Shown: positions 23,690-36,183 of the stretch, piece after piece
Position numbering within the stretch: position 1 is the first letter of the stretch
Layout: each line of letters starts with the position of its first letter
NCBI RefSeq assembly: GCF_964194025.1
Contig: NC_134468.1
Location: forward strand, 71,114,001 to 71,178,000
DNA: 64,000 nucleotides
Reading direction: 5' to 3'
Source of the DNA: Convolutriloba macropyga
Lineage: Eukaryota
Notes under the pieces: generated by a model
Told to the model about the DNA's origin: nothing
The model's database searches: none
Seen by the model: only the letters and a program-made list of their open reading frames with translations
Translations under genes and position numbers: made by a program

Positions 23690-26455
23690 TCAGAAGGCTT
23701 GACAGAAAAGGTGAGTCTTCAGCAACTTTTTGAATTCTTCCAGAGTTTCTGCCATTCGAATGTACGCAGGCAACTCATTCCATTCCTTGGCTCCTTGGAA
23801 CCTGAAACATCTGCGAGCAGCTTCTGAAGTACAATTTGGTAGCATAAAAAGCCTCTGTCTGGAAGGGCATGCCGAATTCACATTTCTTTCGAAAAGTTCC
23901 CGCAAGTAAATAGGAGCGATGGCTCGGTCAACTTTGAACATACTGCATAATAACTTGAAAGTAATCCGTTGTTTAATGGGAAGCCAGTGTAACTTTTTCA
24001 GAGCTGACTTCGAAGACGAAAACTTCGCTAAACCGAAAACGAACTTTGCAGCTGAATTTTGAACTTTTTGAAGTTTTTGAATGAACTGCTTATCCAGTCT
24101 AGTATAGATAATATTGCAATAATCCAAGCATGGTGAAATGAAGCACGATACAAGTTCTTTGCGTTGTTTAATATCAATGAACCTTTTAACAGCATACAAT
24201 TTACGCAATTGAATATAACACTGTTGGCAGACTTTGTTGACCTGTTTTTCTAAGGTAAGATTTCTGTCAAAGTGTATTCCCAAAATTTTCACAGAACTTT
24301 TTATCAGTAGTTCAGTTCCAAATAGGACAAGCTTTTCAGGAGGTTTGAAACTGGACTTGCGGTTACTGAGAAAAATGATATCAGTTTTATTCTGGTTGTT
24401 GACAAGTTTCAACTTTTTCATCATTCCAATGGTACATTGAAGCAGATTGTCGATCTCATCTCTTCCTTGTTCATAGTCAAACATCAACTGACAATCATCT
24501 GCGTAAAAATGATATGAAACATTCATTTCATCTAGCAAAGTAAAAAGCGGAGTCAGATATAATGAAAACAACAAAGGGCCCAAAATAGACCCTTGCGGGA
24601 CACCAGAAGTGCTGATTAAACTTTCCGATAAACAATTGTCGATGAAGATTTGTGAGCTTCTATGTTTCAAAAAACTTTCGAAAAAATTCAGAACTATTCC
24701 ATCGAAGCCAAACTTGTTTTTGAGTATCATCAATAAAATGTCCAGATTAACTGTATCAAATGCCGAGGTCATATCCAGCGATATGACAACAGCAGGTTTC
24801 TTTTTGTTTAATATTTCAGACACTTTTTCCAAGCAATATAAAATACTTGATTCCGTTGAATGATTCTGGCGATAGGCTGACTGGAAGCGTGGCCATAATC
24901 CATTCTTGTTGAAGTATAATTTCATCTGAGAGAGTACATGACGTTCAATTATTTTAGAAAGTAGTAGTGTGTTCGTAACCGGTCGGTAGTTTCCAAGATC
25001 GTTCTCATCATCTTTCTTGTGTAAAGGGACTATAACTCCCGGCTTCAAGGAACTCGGGAAAACTCCATGGGATAATACACAGTTAAAAAGCTCCGTGAAG
25101 GTATCAGAGAAACGATTTATTAAAAATTTCAAACGAACTGCTGGTACAACATCATGTGGTGCTGTAGAATTCGATACATGATTAAGGCTTCTTTCAACTT
25201 CCAATTGACTCAGTAACAAAAATTCAGACCAATGGTGCTGACATGTAGGTTCAAAAAATGGGATAGAGTTGTCAAAACGCTGAAAAAGACGCGTAACCTT
25301 CTGCTGGAAAAATTCATTGAAGTCCCGGGATAAAACTATGGGATTCTGGTAATTGGGGAGTTTGTTGATTTTTCTTTTGAACAATTCATCAAAAGTGAGG
25401 TATCTCAATTTGCTAGATTCATTTTGGAGACGTTTTGAAAGAAACCCATCTCGTTTTTCCTTTAGAAGATCTCTGTAAAAATACAAGTGAGACTCAAAAC
25501 GAACTTCATTCTCAGTTGATGGATATTTTTTCAAGGTTCTCTCCAACTTTCTTTTTCGGCGATTGGCTTTGACACATTCAGAATCAAAATAGCGAGGGCG
25601 ATCGGAGTGCACTAGAAAACGTTTAAAAGGAACAATTTGATCCCTAGCGGTGGCAAGCTTATTGTGAACAATATCAAATACTCCATCGATAATTTCTGCA
25701 GAAGTATTACCATTAATTCCAGAGAGGGCACTATGAAACACATCATTAAAAATCTCAGCGTATTCATAATCGTTGACAGATTTCCAATGATAACCCATCC
25801 TGTACTTTGTCTCTTTCACAGGTCGTTCAATTTCAAAGTCGAATAATAGAGCAAAGTGATCCGAGGGCAGACTTTTGTCCAGAAATATGTCAACTGAAAT
25901 TTCTCTGTTCGTTATTACTAGATCCAGTTTGTTGCCATTTACTGACGTTGCTTCACTAGGACAGCAGAATAAACCAAACTCTTCAAGGAGAGAGTTGAAT
26001 TTCAGCTGAAATGAACCGTTCTTGTTTAACGGGATATTGAAGTCACCTAAGATAAAACAATTAAAATATTGAGGTAGGTACTTGGAAACTTGGTCGGAAA
26101 ACTGGTCGAAAAAAGAAGTTATTGATCCAGAAGGAGGCCGATAAATAATGATAAAAAGAAACGTTTTGCGATAGAACGTTATTCCAAGAGATAGAAATTC
26201 CAAATGCGCTTTGAATTTGTTTTTCAGGAAAAGAGTAATTCCACCACCACGTGAGCGTGTACGAAAGACGTGAAACGAAGAATATTTACGGCCAGCTATC
26301 AAATCAATACAGTGCTTCGTTGATTCTGATATCCAGGTTTCAGTGATAGCCAAGAACGCAAAGTTATTCAGCATCAAATATCGATGTAAAAGCTCAAACT
26401 TGTTGCATATGGACCTGGCATTCCAAAGACAGCCCTTGACCGAGTATGTATTTAG
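23690..26455 (-). CDS. LINE ORF2: apurinic-like endonuclease plus reverse transcriptase (open frame of 921 codons, no upstream ATG)
   Basis: APE motifs LWNARS, ITETW, YRPP, GDFN, LDLV and SDH. RT motifs YRPV, GVPQGSILGP and YADD. L2-like C-terminus LHWLP...FKKLLKTHLF. The frame is open from 26455, upstream of the track's TTG start at 26377. Confidence 0.93.
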   Translation of the reverse strand, partial: LNTYSVKGCLWNARSICNKFELLHRYLMLNNFAFLAITETWISESTKHCIDLIAGRKYSSFHVFRTRSRGGGITLFLKNKFKAHLEFLSLGITFYRKTFLFIIIYRPPSGSITSFFDQFSDQVSKYLPQYFNCFILGDFNIPLNKNGSFQLKFNSLLEEFGLFCCPSEATSVNGNKLDLVITNREISVDIFLDKSLPSDHFALLFDFEIERPVKETKYRMGYHWKSVNDYEYAEIFNDVFHSALSGINGNTSAEIIDGVFDIVHNKLATARDQIVPFKRFLVHSDRPRYFDSECVKANRRKRKLERTLKKYPSTENEVRFESHLYFYRDLLKEKRDGFLSKRLQNESSKLRYLTFDELFKRKINKLPNYQNPIVLSRDFNEFFQQKVTRLFQRFDNSIPFFEPTCQHHWSEFLLLSQLEVERSLNHVSNSTAPHDVVPAVRLKFLINRFSDTFTELFNCVLSHGVFPSSLKPGVIVPLHKKDDENDLGNYRPVTNTLLLSKIIERHVLSQMKLYFNKNGLWPRFQSAYRQNHSTESSILYCLEKVSEILNKKKPAVVISLDMTSAFDTVNLDILLMILKNKFGFDGIVLNFFESFLKHRSSQIFIDNCLSESLISTSGVPQGSILGPLLFSLYLTPLFTLLDEMNVSYHFYADDCQLMFDYEQGRDEIDNLLQCTIGMMKKLKLVNNQNKTDIIFLSNRKSSFKPPEKLVLFGTELLIKSSVKILGIHFDRNLTLEKQVNKVCQQCYIQLRKLYAVKRFIDIKQRKELVSCFISPCLDYCNIIYTRLDKQFIQKLQKVQNSAAKFVFGLAKFSSSKSALKKLHWLPIKQRITFKLLCSMFKVDRAIAPIYLRELFERNVNSACPSRQRLFMLPNCTSEAARRCFRFQGAKEWNELPAYIRMAETLEEFKKLLKTHLFCQAF

Positions 26456-27301
26456 TCAATTTGTAGTTACTTGCTGCCCAGAATTCACAGTCTTCAACCA
26501 AGCTCGTGCCTCATCGTTCAGGAAATACCTGCGCAAGATTATATTCTCTGGCCAGGTGTCACTACACTCCACAAGCTCCGTTTTATCATCAGGGAAAATA
26601 ATGTGAAAAGACTTCACTTGTTGGTTCCGACTCGGCTGTTCTCTGCACGCTAATGGATTCAAGTTTTGGTCATTACAGTACTTGAGAAGAGAGTCTGTAT
26701 CAACTGTTACCGGAACCCGGCTAACGAAGTAATGTTTGCGTGGTGGCAACTTCAGCTTAGGTTGAACTCCTTGGAATGTCGCATTTGTTTTATTGCCTTG
26801 AAATACAGCCACCTCATTTACAGACCGCTTCCGTTTTTTGGATCTGTCACTGGTTACGGAGAAGGCGCTATCCCTTCTGTTTTTGTGAATACCAAGGATG
26901 TTTCTTGCGGGATTTGTTTCAATTACTTTCTGAGCATAGGATGGTTTATGCCAAGGGTTAGACGGAGCTTCTACGATCTCATTTCCAGTGCAGACAGTGA
27001 AAACATCTTTATCATGTGATGCAATCAGTGCTTGTTTCACTTCAGTCACATCCGATTCAATTTTATCGAGCTTTTGCAATTTGAGATTCAATTGTAGCAC
27101 AAGATTTTTAATACTTAGCTTCGAACACTCGTCACAGATCCAGTTCACAGTTCCACTCACAGGCGTGTTGCTCACAAAATTGTCGCAGTTGTTGCACAGC
27201 CCTGCAGAAGCACACCACAAACACAGGGTTCGCCAAAGTTCTGGTGTCTCATTACAGCCGGAACAGGAAATCGGGAAATGGCCATTGCCATTACCCGTCA
27301 T
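26456..27301 (-). CDS. LINE ORF1, 281 aa: N-terminal PHD-like Cys-rich finger, coiled coil, C-terminal RRM-like domain
   Basis: CSGC...CLWC...CNNC...WICDEC, then a heptad-like segment, then YFVSRV...SFHI...WPENIILRRY, typical of CR1/L2 ORF1 proteins. Confidence 0.85.
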   Translation of the reverse strand: MTGNGNGHFPISCSGCNETPELWRTLCLWCASAGLCNNCDNFVSNTPVSGTVNWICDECSKLSIKNLVLQLNLKLQKLDKIESDVTEVKQALIASHDKDVFTVCTGNEIVEAPSNPWHKPSYAQKVIETNPARNILGIHKNRRDSAFSVTSDRSKKRKRSVNEVAVFQGNKTNATFQGVQPKLKLPPRKHYFVSRVPVTVDTDSLLKYCNDQNLNPLACREQPSRNQQVKSFHIIFPDDKTELVECSDTWPENIILRRYFLNDEARAWLKTVNSGQQVTTN

Positions 27302-29894
27302 TTGTATATGAAATTATGTGTAGTTATATAAGTTACTATGTAAAAACAGCATGTTTAATCTGTGAAGGCAAGAGTAGATCTGAACAGACAACTGACTAAC
27401 AAGTTTTGCTTAATGGCATCATAAAAACTATGCAACAAATCTCAGGTAAGCTAACACATAGCAATAAGCTTTTCGTTTTCACCCTATTCTCTGATTAGCT
27501 GAGCTAATGTCAACGCTACGTAACCATTTAATCCCCAATCCCCCCCCCAAACCAATTTAGTCCAAACTTATATGACTCATGTTCTCCAAGTCTGATTTTT
27601 TTCATCTTGTATTGTGAAGTCCTTCTATTCTTTCTTTTGCCTGTAAATTAACCATTTATTCTCATTCAACACATTAATCGGTTGACAATTAGCAAGTATT
27701 AGTTACACACATCACGACAATACCGATAAGTTAACTTTAAAGTAACCCAAAAAAAAGTTTATAAAAGACAGAAAAATAAAAGATGGAAAAATGTTTTTCG
27801 AAAAACAAACAAAGATCTTCACGTTCAGAAGAAAATTAATGGGTGAAAAGTTCAGATCGTAAGTTTTCTGATTATCATTCATCAATATGCGTTTAATAAT
27901 CCAAGTACATCAAATCGTGATAAAATTTTGATCAAAATAGAAAATGAAAATTTCAGATCTCGATTTCAAAAGCTCTCACTGCGCACCAATCTCCAATACA
28001 GTAAAAGTTGTCTTCAACACCAATCTCGGGTCATCGGGTTAAAATTGTTCAAAACAATCGAGAAAATTGGGACAGATACAAAAACAAGAGTTTCGATTGA
28101 CTAACCTTGTGATCATAAAAGAACAAAACCACAATAATGGCAATGCGGCTATCTTGGCGCGAGCAGTAAACTTGTTGTATCTATCAAATAAAACCATCAG
28201 TTCACAGCATCCAGGAAGCTAAGAGATCGAGAAAGAGTATATTCTACAGCATAACCAGCTTAACTAAATTACGTTCCCTAAAGGCAGTGGATCACATTCA
28301 ATTCTGACAAATGGATCATGATTACGAGAAAATTTATTTAAGTAACCAAAATTAAAATTTTAAATTCATACCCATTTCTGCTATTTCATTATCATCGTCT
28401 TGCATCATCTACAGAACGGTAAACTCGTGAAGTACTGCAGCGCACACTACCGAAGCTAACAAAAATCTTCAAAAAATAAGAATCAATATATTTCAAAAAA
28501 TAGCAAAATTTAATTAGTTTTTCCAGTTCCCGAACTGCTGACTACAGGGCGAAATGTCACAAGAACAATCACGAATGGACAGACAAAATAATAATAGACT
28601 GCTGTAGAAGGAAAACAAAACTTTATTGTTCCAAAACAAGTCACACTCCGAGCAATTAAATTGCCAATCACTATACAGCAGTTTATAATACTTAAGAGGA
28701 GCAAAAATTTAGCACCTTTAACCCTAAAATTATTGAACAATTGAAATAATATTTTGTCGAGCATGATTATTATCGCATGACTCGCGGACCGTGACGTAGG
28801 ATTTTTTTTACAATACCTTGTTAGACATGAGCAGAAGTTAGTCTGCCTCTTGAAATTAAGCCTTGAAAAACATCTCAAACATTAAATTTTCGAAAATTGT
28901 GCTATTTATAAACACGTACAGAACTGTCAATTGCCCTCAAATTATGGTCAAGTGAAAGTTGGGTCGACTCAAATTACATTATCAGAATTTATTATAAATG
29001 ATAAAAAAATTGCATGCAAAATTGAAGAGAATAGCGTATAAGAACTCGAAGAAACAAATAAAACCTTTTAAATAATACCTGCGCTTCCGAACTAGTAAAC
29101 ATTGGAAACTAAGCGTTCTCTTCAGACGTCTGAAATAATATTAGTGAGAAACTATGGACTCGCTGAAAAAGCCAATTGAAACAAAGGAACTACACGATTT
29201 TTCCTGATAAATTTTTTTGCACAAAAATTTTTGATTTGACTCTCAAATCCGAGGAACAAAAGCGAAATCGCTGGTAACAATTCAAATCTGCTCCACATTC
29301 AAAAACAAATTAACATAGCCGGTAGATTAGCAGACAAAATCTGTGAAATATACCGTAGAGAAAGCTTGTAGTAGTTATGACAACAAAGAGCAAAGACAGG
29401 AAAAATTATCCAAAATTGAGATTCAGAGATTCTGTCTAAAACAACTATTTAAATTTGACTTCTCAAATTTCGGCAAGACAAAAATGTGTGAACGGAATTT
29501 AAAATAGCCGTAGGAATTCTGCAAACAGTAGAAGCTGACCAAGTTAACTGGTGTCATTAAAATAAATATCAACTTCCGCGTGTAAAATGAACTCCGTGGA
29601 CTCAAAAGCTTGAAAATTCCGGAAATTATTCAAAAAAAATTGAAATTATTTTTTGAATCAAATTATGATTTTCTATTGTGCTCACATATGTACACCAACA
29701 TTGCTAAAAACTTCGCGCAAGTTGTTTTCTTATCAAAAATAGAAGTGGACCCGCCTACAAAAACAAATATTTGTGAGGCAGAAAAAATTCAGCTCAGACT
29801 GTGCGGACAGAACAGTTCCTGAAAGATCACAACATCAGCTATCCAGCACCAAGGAATTAAAAAGCATGTATCTTACTGCAATTAAAACTGAGCC

Positions 29895-30295
29895 TCAGAT
29901 TGCCGGAATAGCTGCGAAATAGACTTACGTGCCGTATATTGTAGATCAAACCATAGAATTGAGTTCAAAATGTCATTGACACCGCTTAAAAACTATGTTA
30001 CAAATTTCTAAGCCATAAAAAAATTGCTCGAATTCGAATAAAACTAAATTTTCAAGTGCTATAGTCTTTTTGTTGACAGAAGTATAATCAAAATCTAATC
30101 ACTCAAATAACCTAAAATCTCTTGGTAGGGAGAGCGTGAGAAATGATTCCATGTTCGCGAATGCCGTTAGTGAGAGGAAGAACTCATTCAGAAAATAAAG
30201 ATTTTTTCCAGATTTGCTGTAAGAACAAATTTAAAACGAAAGAAGAGTATCAGACGCAAAACAAATAACCAGAACACACACCACAATATAGCTTA
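29895..30295 (+). repeat. Old dispersed repeat fragment, related to 52325-52815
   Basis: Shared collinear blocks GCCGGAATAGCTGC...TGCCGTATA and CCGTTAGTGAGAGGAAGAA.TCATTCAGAAAA. Confidence 0.7.
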
Positions 30296-33200
30296 CAACA
30301 CCTCGTCTGACAGCTTGACAGCTAAACTCATCAATCATTTACACAAAATAAAAACAATTCTCTCAACTTTCCGAACAAAACAACAACATTAACTCTCAGT
30401 TCCGATAAAAAATCAACAATCTAACACAACATCACCTACCTAGCACCAAACAAGAACCAAGACTACACCTTAGAAAAAAGGAAATAAAATAGAAAATATA
30501 GAAAATTTGCTCGAATTAAGAAAAAACCATTCCCTCCCCTTTCAGAGAAATAATACTTCCAATAGCAGCCCTGTTCCGATTTTAAAAAATTCACGATCCA
30601 GAAAAGCATCAGATCCACATACACGCAATAAGCTAATTCTTAAAAAGCGAGGTTCAGTTTATTGTAATTCACGAATGTCGTTTACCGTTCTCATGCATGT
30701 TTTAATAAAAGCAGAAAGCAACAAGTAGGGAAACCCAGCTGATTTTGTAATCAATTTGTCTCCAGCAAATAAGCACACTGAAAAAAACCATAAAAGCATT
30801 AACCGGAGTGGCTGTACGAAAAGAAAATGGTTTAAATGTAATTGAAACTGAAATGTAGTCTCTTAAAATCTAGCAATTTTATCTATTTTTTGATAATTTC
30901 GTAATAGATTTAGAACAAAACTAACAGAAAAGAATCAAACAGAACCATAAACAATAAACAAAATCGCGTAATTCAGTCGCACTTGGACGCATATTATTTG
31001 GAAAAGTTGTCGTGAAAATGATTTTTAAGAATGGCTCAAAAACAAACACAAAAACGAATAAAATTACCACAGGGACACCTGCCAACGGCAAGATTATAAA
31101 ACTAAAAGGCGAAATCCTTTCAGGGAAAATGAAACAGATGAGAAAATACCTCTCTTGTTTAGCTTAAATTTTATTACATACTTTTTTGCTCTCTCAGCAA
31201 TTTGGCATTAACAGAAAAGCACTATTCTCTTCTATTTTGAGGACTAAAACAATCTGCTTGTCAATCTGATCTGAAGTTTGACCAAAAATTTCGTTAGAAC
31301 AAGCCACGTGCATTATTTCTAAGAAAAGGCCTCAAAATTGTTCATTAGAAAAAATTTGTCGAAAAACTAACGAAGCCACTCGAAAATAAACTTCAAAAAC
31401 TGTTTCACTGAAACAGTCCAATCACAAAAAAAACATCAGAAGTGCATCACCTTGAACAGAAGATAAAAAAACCGATCAAAGATTTTTCACAAAAGTGCTC
31501 AAAATTAGTAAAATGACAAGAAACACCAAAAAAACAAAAGATCGGTAGCATAATTAAATGTAATAAAATTGAGCGAAAAATTCCCCAAAAAATAAACACC
31601 AGATAGCTTGGGCGCAGAAAATACAAATTCCCTTGACAAAGTGGATTAGAAAGGTAAAAATTGCGCGCAAAAAGTATTGAAAACAGAGGAATGACAGAAG
31701 AACAGCTCACAACAACTTAAATTCAAGTTTGCCAAAAATCAAAATATTACGACTAAAAACGGCTGAAAAGAAAGCAAAGACGACGGCTGGAAAAAAACAA
31801 AGACGACATGAAAATTCATTGGTTTAACCAACAATCTACAACGGCTTTGATCAGCAACTGCTCGCAATCACTTTTATATTAGAAACAAATAATGAGAGAA
31901 ACTCGGATCACTCAAAAAGAAGAAAGAGAGTGAAAAATTAACTCCAGAAGTCAAAGAATCTTCTAGAACAAAAGCGTCAAGCAAAAATTTTGCACAAAAG
32001 AACACACGCTTACAATAATGGCTTCAAGGTTTGTTCGAGAGCCACTAAAAAGTAGATACAAAGAATACCGACGGGAAACTGAAACAGCAAAATTCAAAAT
32101 TTGTGAACAATTTTCAGGAAAAGCTCTCTAGTCCGATTGCCATCAAATGTTCTCAAAGTATCTTTAGATCAAAATAAAAACATGGCTGAAAAGCAAGACA
32201 TAGTTAAAGAAACTTTAAAATCAACAGTTAATACGAAAAGGCCTAAAAAATTAATTCTCAGCAATAAATAAGCTCTGTCATAAAAATGTCAATAAATCTC
32301 TAAAAAAGAAGGAAGTTATTATTTTGTAAACAAAATATGCCGACACTTTATTCATCTCGATCAATTTTGTGACGAGAAACGTTATGTGATACGAATCAAA
32401 TTAAAAGCTCACTAAAGCCGAAAATGCTAACAGCAGGCAAGAATTTCATCCAAGCTGCAAAAACTTGACTAAGAATACAAAACAGCTAAACATCTAAACC
32501 TCCAGACAAGACTAAATTATGCTTAAAATCCTTCCAAAAGCACAATTAGGGGTTAATATTTATGCGAGGATACATTTGTGCTTGAACTAAAGTTTCAACT
32601 CAAACTAAACAAACTTTTAAAAAGACTAAACGAACAAAAATTCAACTCGCTCACTGAATTTTTTTTCAGACATACATTAACCGCTCTCTACTCGAAGAAA
32701 TGCACGGACAGTGTACAGCAAACTTTGTTCAAAATATTGACTAAAGCACTTGCTTTCACTCGCAGTATTGATTTTTACATCATGTTTTACTGACACTTCG
32801 CCAAGTAACAAACCGAAGATCAGCAAAACGAGTCTTTGAGTCGGAAAACAGGAAATCAGAACTCTTCCTACGATCGCAAAAAAGACGCCACCACAATACT
32901 GTTCTGGTTGTAAAACGACAGCTTCAATTACAATTTTTTGAAATTAAAAAAATACGGAGAGACCAATAATAGCCTCGCCATCGCTTCGCGAATATGAATT
33001 AAACCTAGCTTCCAGTTTTTAAAGCTCCTATATGCATGAACATTTATCTATGTTTGTTTAATTGCAAATTTGCAGTGTTTCTGTTCATTGTAGTTCAAAC
33101 CATTTTTTTGTACTTCGACCTCAATAAATGCGCACCCATTTATTGCTCTTCGAACTTTCTGTGGTTAGTCACCTAAGAAATTGTTATCACCTATTCTGTT

Positions 33201-36183
33201 GTACACGGTTCGTCAGAAAGCAAAAATTAAAATATCAATTTAGTGTTCGAGGGAGGCGAATCAAAGTCCTCCATTGTTCCAAAATATACGGCACGAGCTG
33301 GAATATGCAGCTCTCATCGTTCTCAAATTCTGTCAGTTGTTAATAACTAGGGAGCTTGACAAACAGTCAGGGTTTTCATGAAAAATATTTCAACGATTTT
33401 ATCTAGAAAGCTAAGCAAAACCGACTAACGTCGGAAGCGTTGCTTGCGAACGACTAGTGAGGGCTCTAATCTGCTGCAGCCTGCTTCAGTCGGGGGGGGG
33501 GGGACTGAAATCGCCAAGAGGGCTTCAAATGACGTCATTGGAGGTTATTGTATAACCACTAATAAAATTTTATGTGAAAAATGACACCAATTTTGGCACA
33601 TTTTTTATTTGACGTTTAGCAGTGAACTCCCGCCACTTGAGTTCAGCTGCTCAAAATTGTGCGCATGAGAGAGAAATTGAGATCATGCAAAACGAAAAAG
33701 TCAAGGGCGCAAAAGTTACTCGAAACGTCAAAATTGTCAAGCGAAAATTTTGCACAAAAAGACCGTTTATAATTGCTTCAAACTTTGTTCGAGTAAAAAG
33801 TATGAATATTTGAATTTTTTGCCACTTTCGTCATTCCTTACAAATTACAAGGTTTTGTCAACTCCCTTTACAGTCTCTAAAGTCCACACTGATTAGGAGA
33901 AGTCATACGCGGTAAAATTGCATAGTTTCGTTCCACAAACATTTTAAACTTCGCATTCATGGTATTTTACTAAAAATATTTTGAAAATACAAGAATGGAT
34001 GTTGGTTCAAGAAACAATGGACACAAAATGTGGCATTTCTAAGATTTCCTACAATTGCTCATTTTTAATTCATCTGTTTTGGTACTTCAAGTGTGTATGA
34101 AAATGGAAACATTCGTCTGGTGTAGGGTGCCTTCCATGCTTTTAAAAATTCTCACCTGAATATTTGCGTCATAAATATTTGCATCATCAATAATAAATCC
34201 AACCATCGGGACAAATGTAAACTAAAAGTGCAATTTAAATGTTCTGAAATATCCAGATGACTAGCACGGGTAAATGAGTAAATGGGCTCTCGCGTCAACG
34301 GGTCTTCAGATATCAGATAAATTTACGATGTAATGCAAATGGCCCGCATTAGGATCCCCGCATTGCCAAATTGTCACATAAAACTAAGTTGAAGAAGTTG
34401 TAAGGGAAATTAGTTTTTAGAAACTTTAATTTTGATTCTGTTCCTCAACGCTAATAGCCTTCATTGGATCTCTTTTTGATCTGTGAAGACAAATATAATT
34501 TTTAACGAATTACGTAAAAATTACAGTAATTTTTTTTTTAAAAAAAAGTAGCGCACGATGTGAGATCAGATGATCAATATCACAAGCCGATGAAATAAGA
34601 TAACAGACGCCCGAGGAAACAAACCAAGTTAAAAAATAAAATCCACGCCAAATGTCAACTAGATTGGTTGGTGAAATGAGTAACCAGATAACTAATTCAA
34701 TCAAACTGCAATCGGGCTAACTGACTCCAAAGCTATCTCGTCAGCACACCTGTCCAACAGTTTTCAAATTTGTCAAATCCAAAACAGGAGAAAGAACAAG
34801 AGGCAAAAGGGCAACAGAGGGTATATATCTTGTGTAACTCAATTAATCAATCGACGAAAATTGAAGTGATACATTTCGCGTGTTCACGTCTGTTCGGGGA
34901 GGGGTGATAGGGGTTGCCACTGAACAGACCGAAAGAAATAAGATAGAAATGTCAGCACGAGTTACAAGGTGAGATTTAAGAGTGAAAACGTGACCAATTA
35001 CCGCTTCTCAGCAGGAATGCTAAAGTGTTAGCAAGATCATTACCAACTGGCTTGTTTCTGTCACAAAATCGAACAAATAGTGTCTTTTGCGAGGGAACTG
35101 CGGTGCCAATTGAACGTTTGAGGCCTTCAATTAGAAGTGAAAAGAGGGTAACGAAGAGAGGGGAATTGTGGAATAGAGCTGAAGCAATTAAAAGTACAAA
35201 AAACAGCAAGGTACAAAATGCACAAATTGTTTCTCCCACTAGCACCTTTTAAAACAATCTTACCAGTTGTAGTTTTCAAAAGTTACAACAACACAAACTC
35301 ACAACAACAACAATAATAATAGCTGAATTTTCAATTATTCAACTGCTTATTCAGCCAATGAGGTGAAAGCAAATGGAAAAATTGAACAGCGGCGCTGTTT
35401 GGAAGCATATAGAAAAGCGCACAAGTGCATAATTTATTGAGCTGAGACCGGCAAATTACAGCGTAATCAGGCACTGTTTCCATTTAGAATGTCAAAGAGA
35501 ACTGGGAAACTTTTATCGCCGATTTTGGAAGCAAAAATGGGCCAGTGATTTGTGCCCGCCTTCCCTCGGTCAGTTCATTTGAGACATTTTAACCCATTCT
35601 ACAGCTAGTACTAACTCGATACTTTACAAACTAACTAATCTTCAAACAGTTAAAAATCTTAAATAACTATTTTCAATTACGGTCACTGTTTTTGCACCAG
35701 GTACTCGAGAAAAAGGGGATAGTTTGATAAACACTAAATTAGCTAATAAGACAACAATTGCACGTTCAAAAGGCAAATTATCAAATAACACAATATTATT
35801 GACACATTATAGGTTTCAAAACACTGCGGAAATTTCACCAGAACACTTGCGAACTAGTTACCAGATACTATTTAAATTTAATCTTACGTTTCATTACCAA
35901 AACATAGAACTCAGATCTTGTACCCAATCAATTAAATTTATCTGAATTAACTTTTGACGGCGATAGCATGTCATCTGCAACCAGTTAACATAATCAAAAA
36001 CAAAACCAGAGCCACATGCAAGCTCCTACTCGTTAATACGCCAAAAAATATTTTGAAGGTGGAGCAATCAGACAGAGAAGAAAATAGGGCACAAAAATAT
36101 CCAGTGGATAATCGATGTTGTCAACTGAGTTCACTCTTCATATCGCCATCTAATGGAACTTATTTTGCGGAGTAAAATCAACC

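Larger units (their letters stand above)
23613..27310 (-). mobile_element. Intact L2-type (CR1 group) non-LTR retrotransposon
   Basis: ORF1 plus an APE-RT ORF2, a 3' stem-loop, a (CAT)n tail and the target-site duplication AAATTATG at 23605-23612 and 27311-27318. Confidence 0.93.
14806..27938 (+). repeat. Tandem array of ten ~943-bp units (macrosatellite), interrupted by a LINE in unit 10
   Basis: The marker TGAGTGTATATTGAGCC (or a variant) lies at about 14829, 15771, 16713, 17656, 18598, 19544, 20490, 21433, 22370 and 23312. The array resumes at 27311 and ends at 27938. Confidence 0.97.

Noticed and set aside
23552-23827. ORF with a poly-Asp run
   Set aside because: It is an antisense reading of the LINE (CAT)n tail and the end of ORF2.
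14806-27938. Satellite or 128-bp units as ribozyme, tRNA or 5S arrays
   Set aside because: No hammerhead core (CTGATGA...GAAA), cloverleaf or 5S-like sequence was recognised by eye. An Infernal/Rfam scan would be decisive.
33484-33510. TTCAGTC-(G)n-GACTGAA hairpin / G-tract
   Set aside because: It is an isolated short stem around a homopolymer, and no element boundaries could be supported.
34976-35252. Overlapping 75-89 aa ORFs
   Set aside because: They have GTG starts, no recognisable domain and no convincing splice context.
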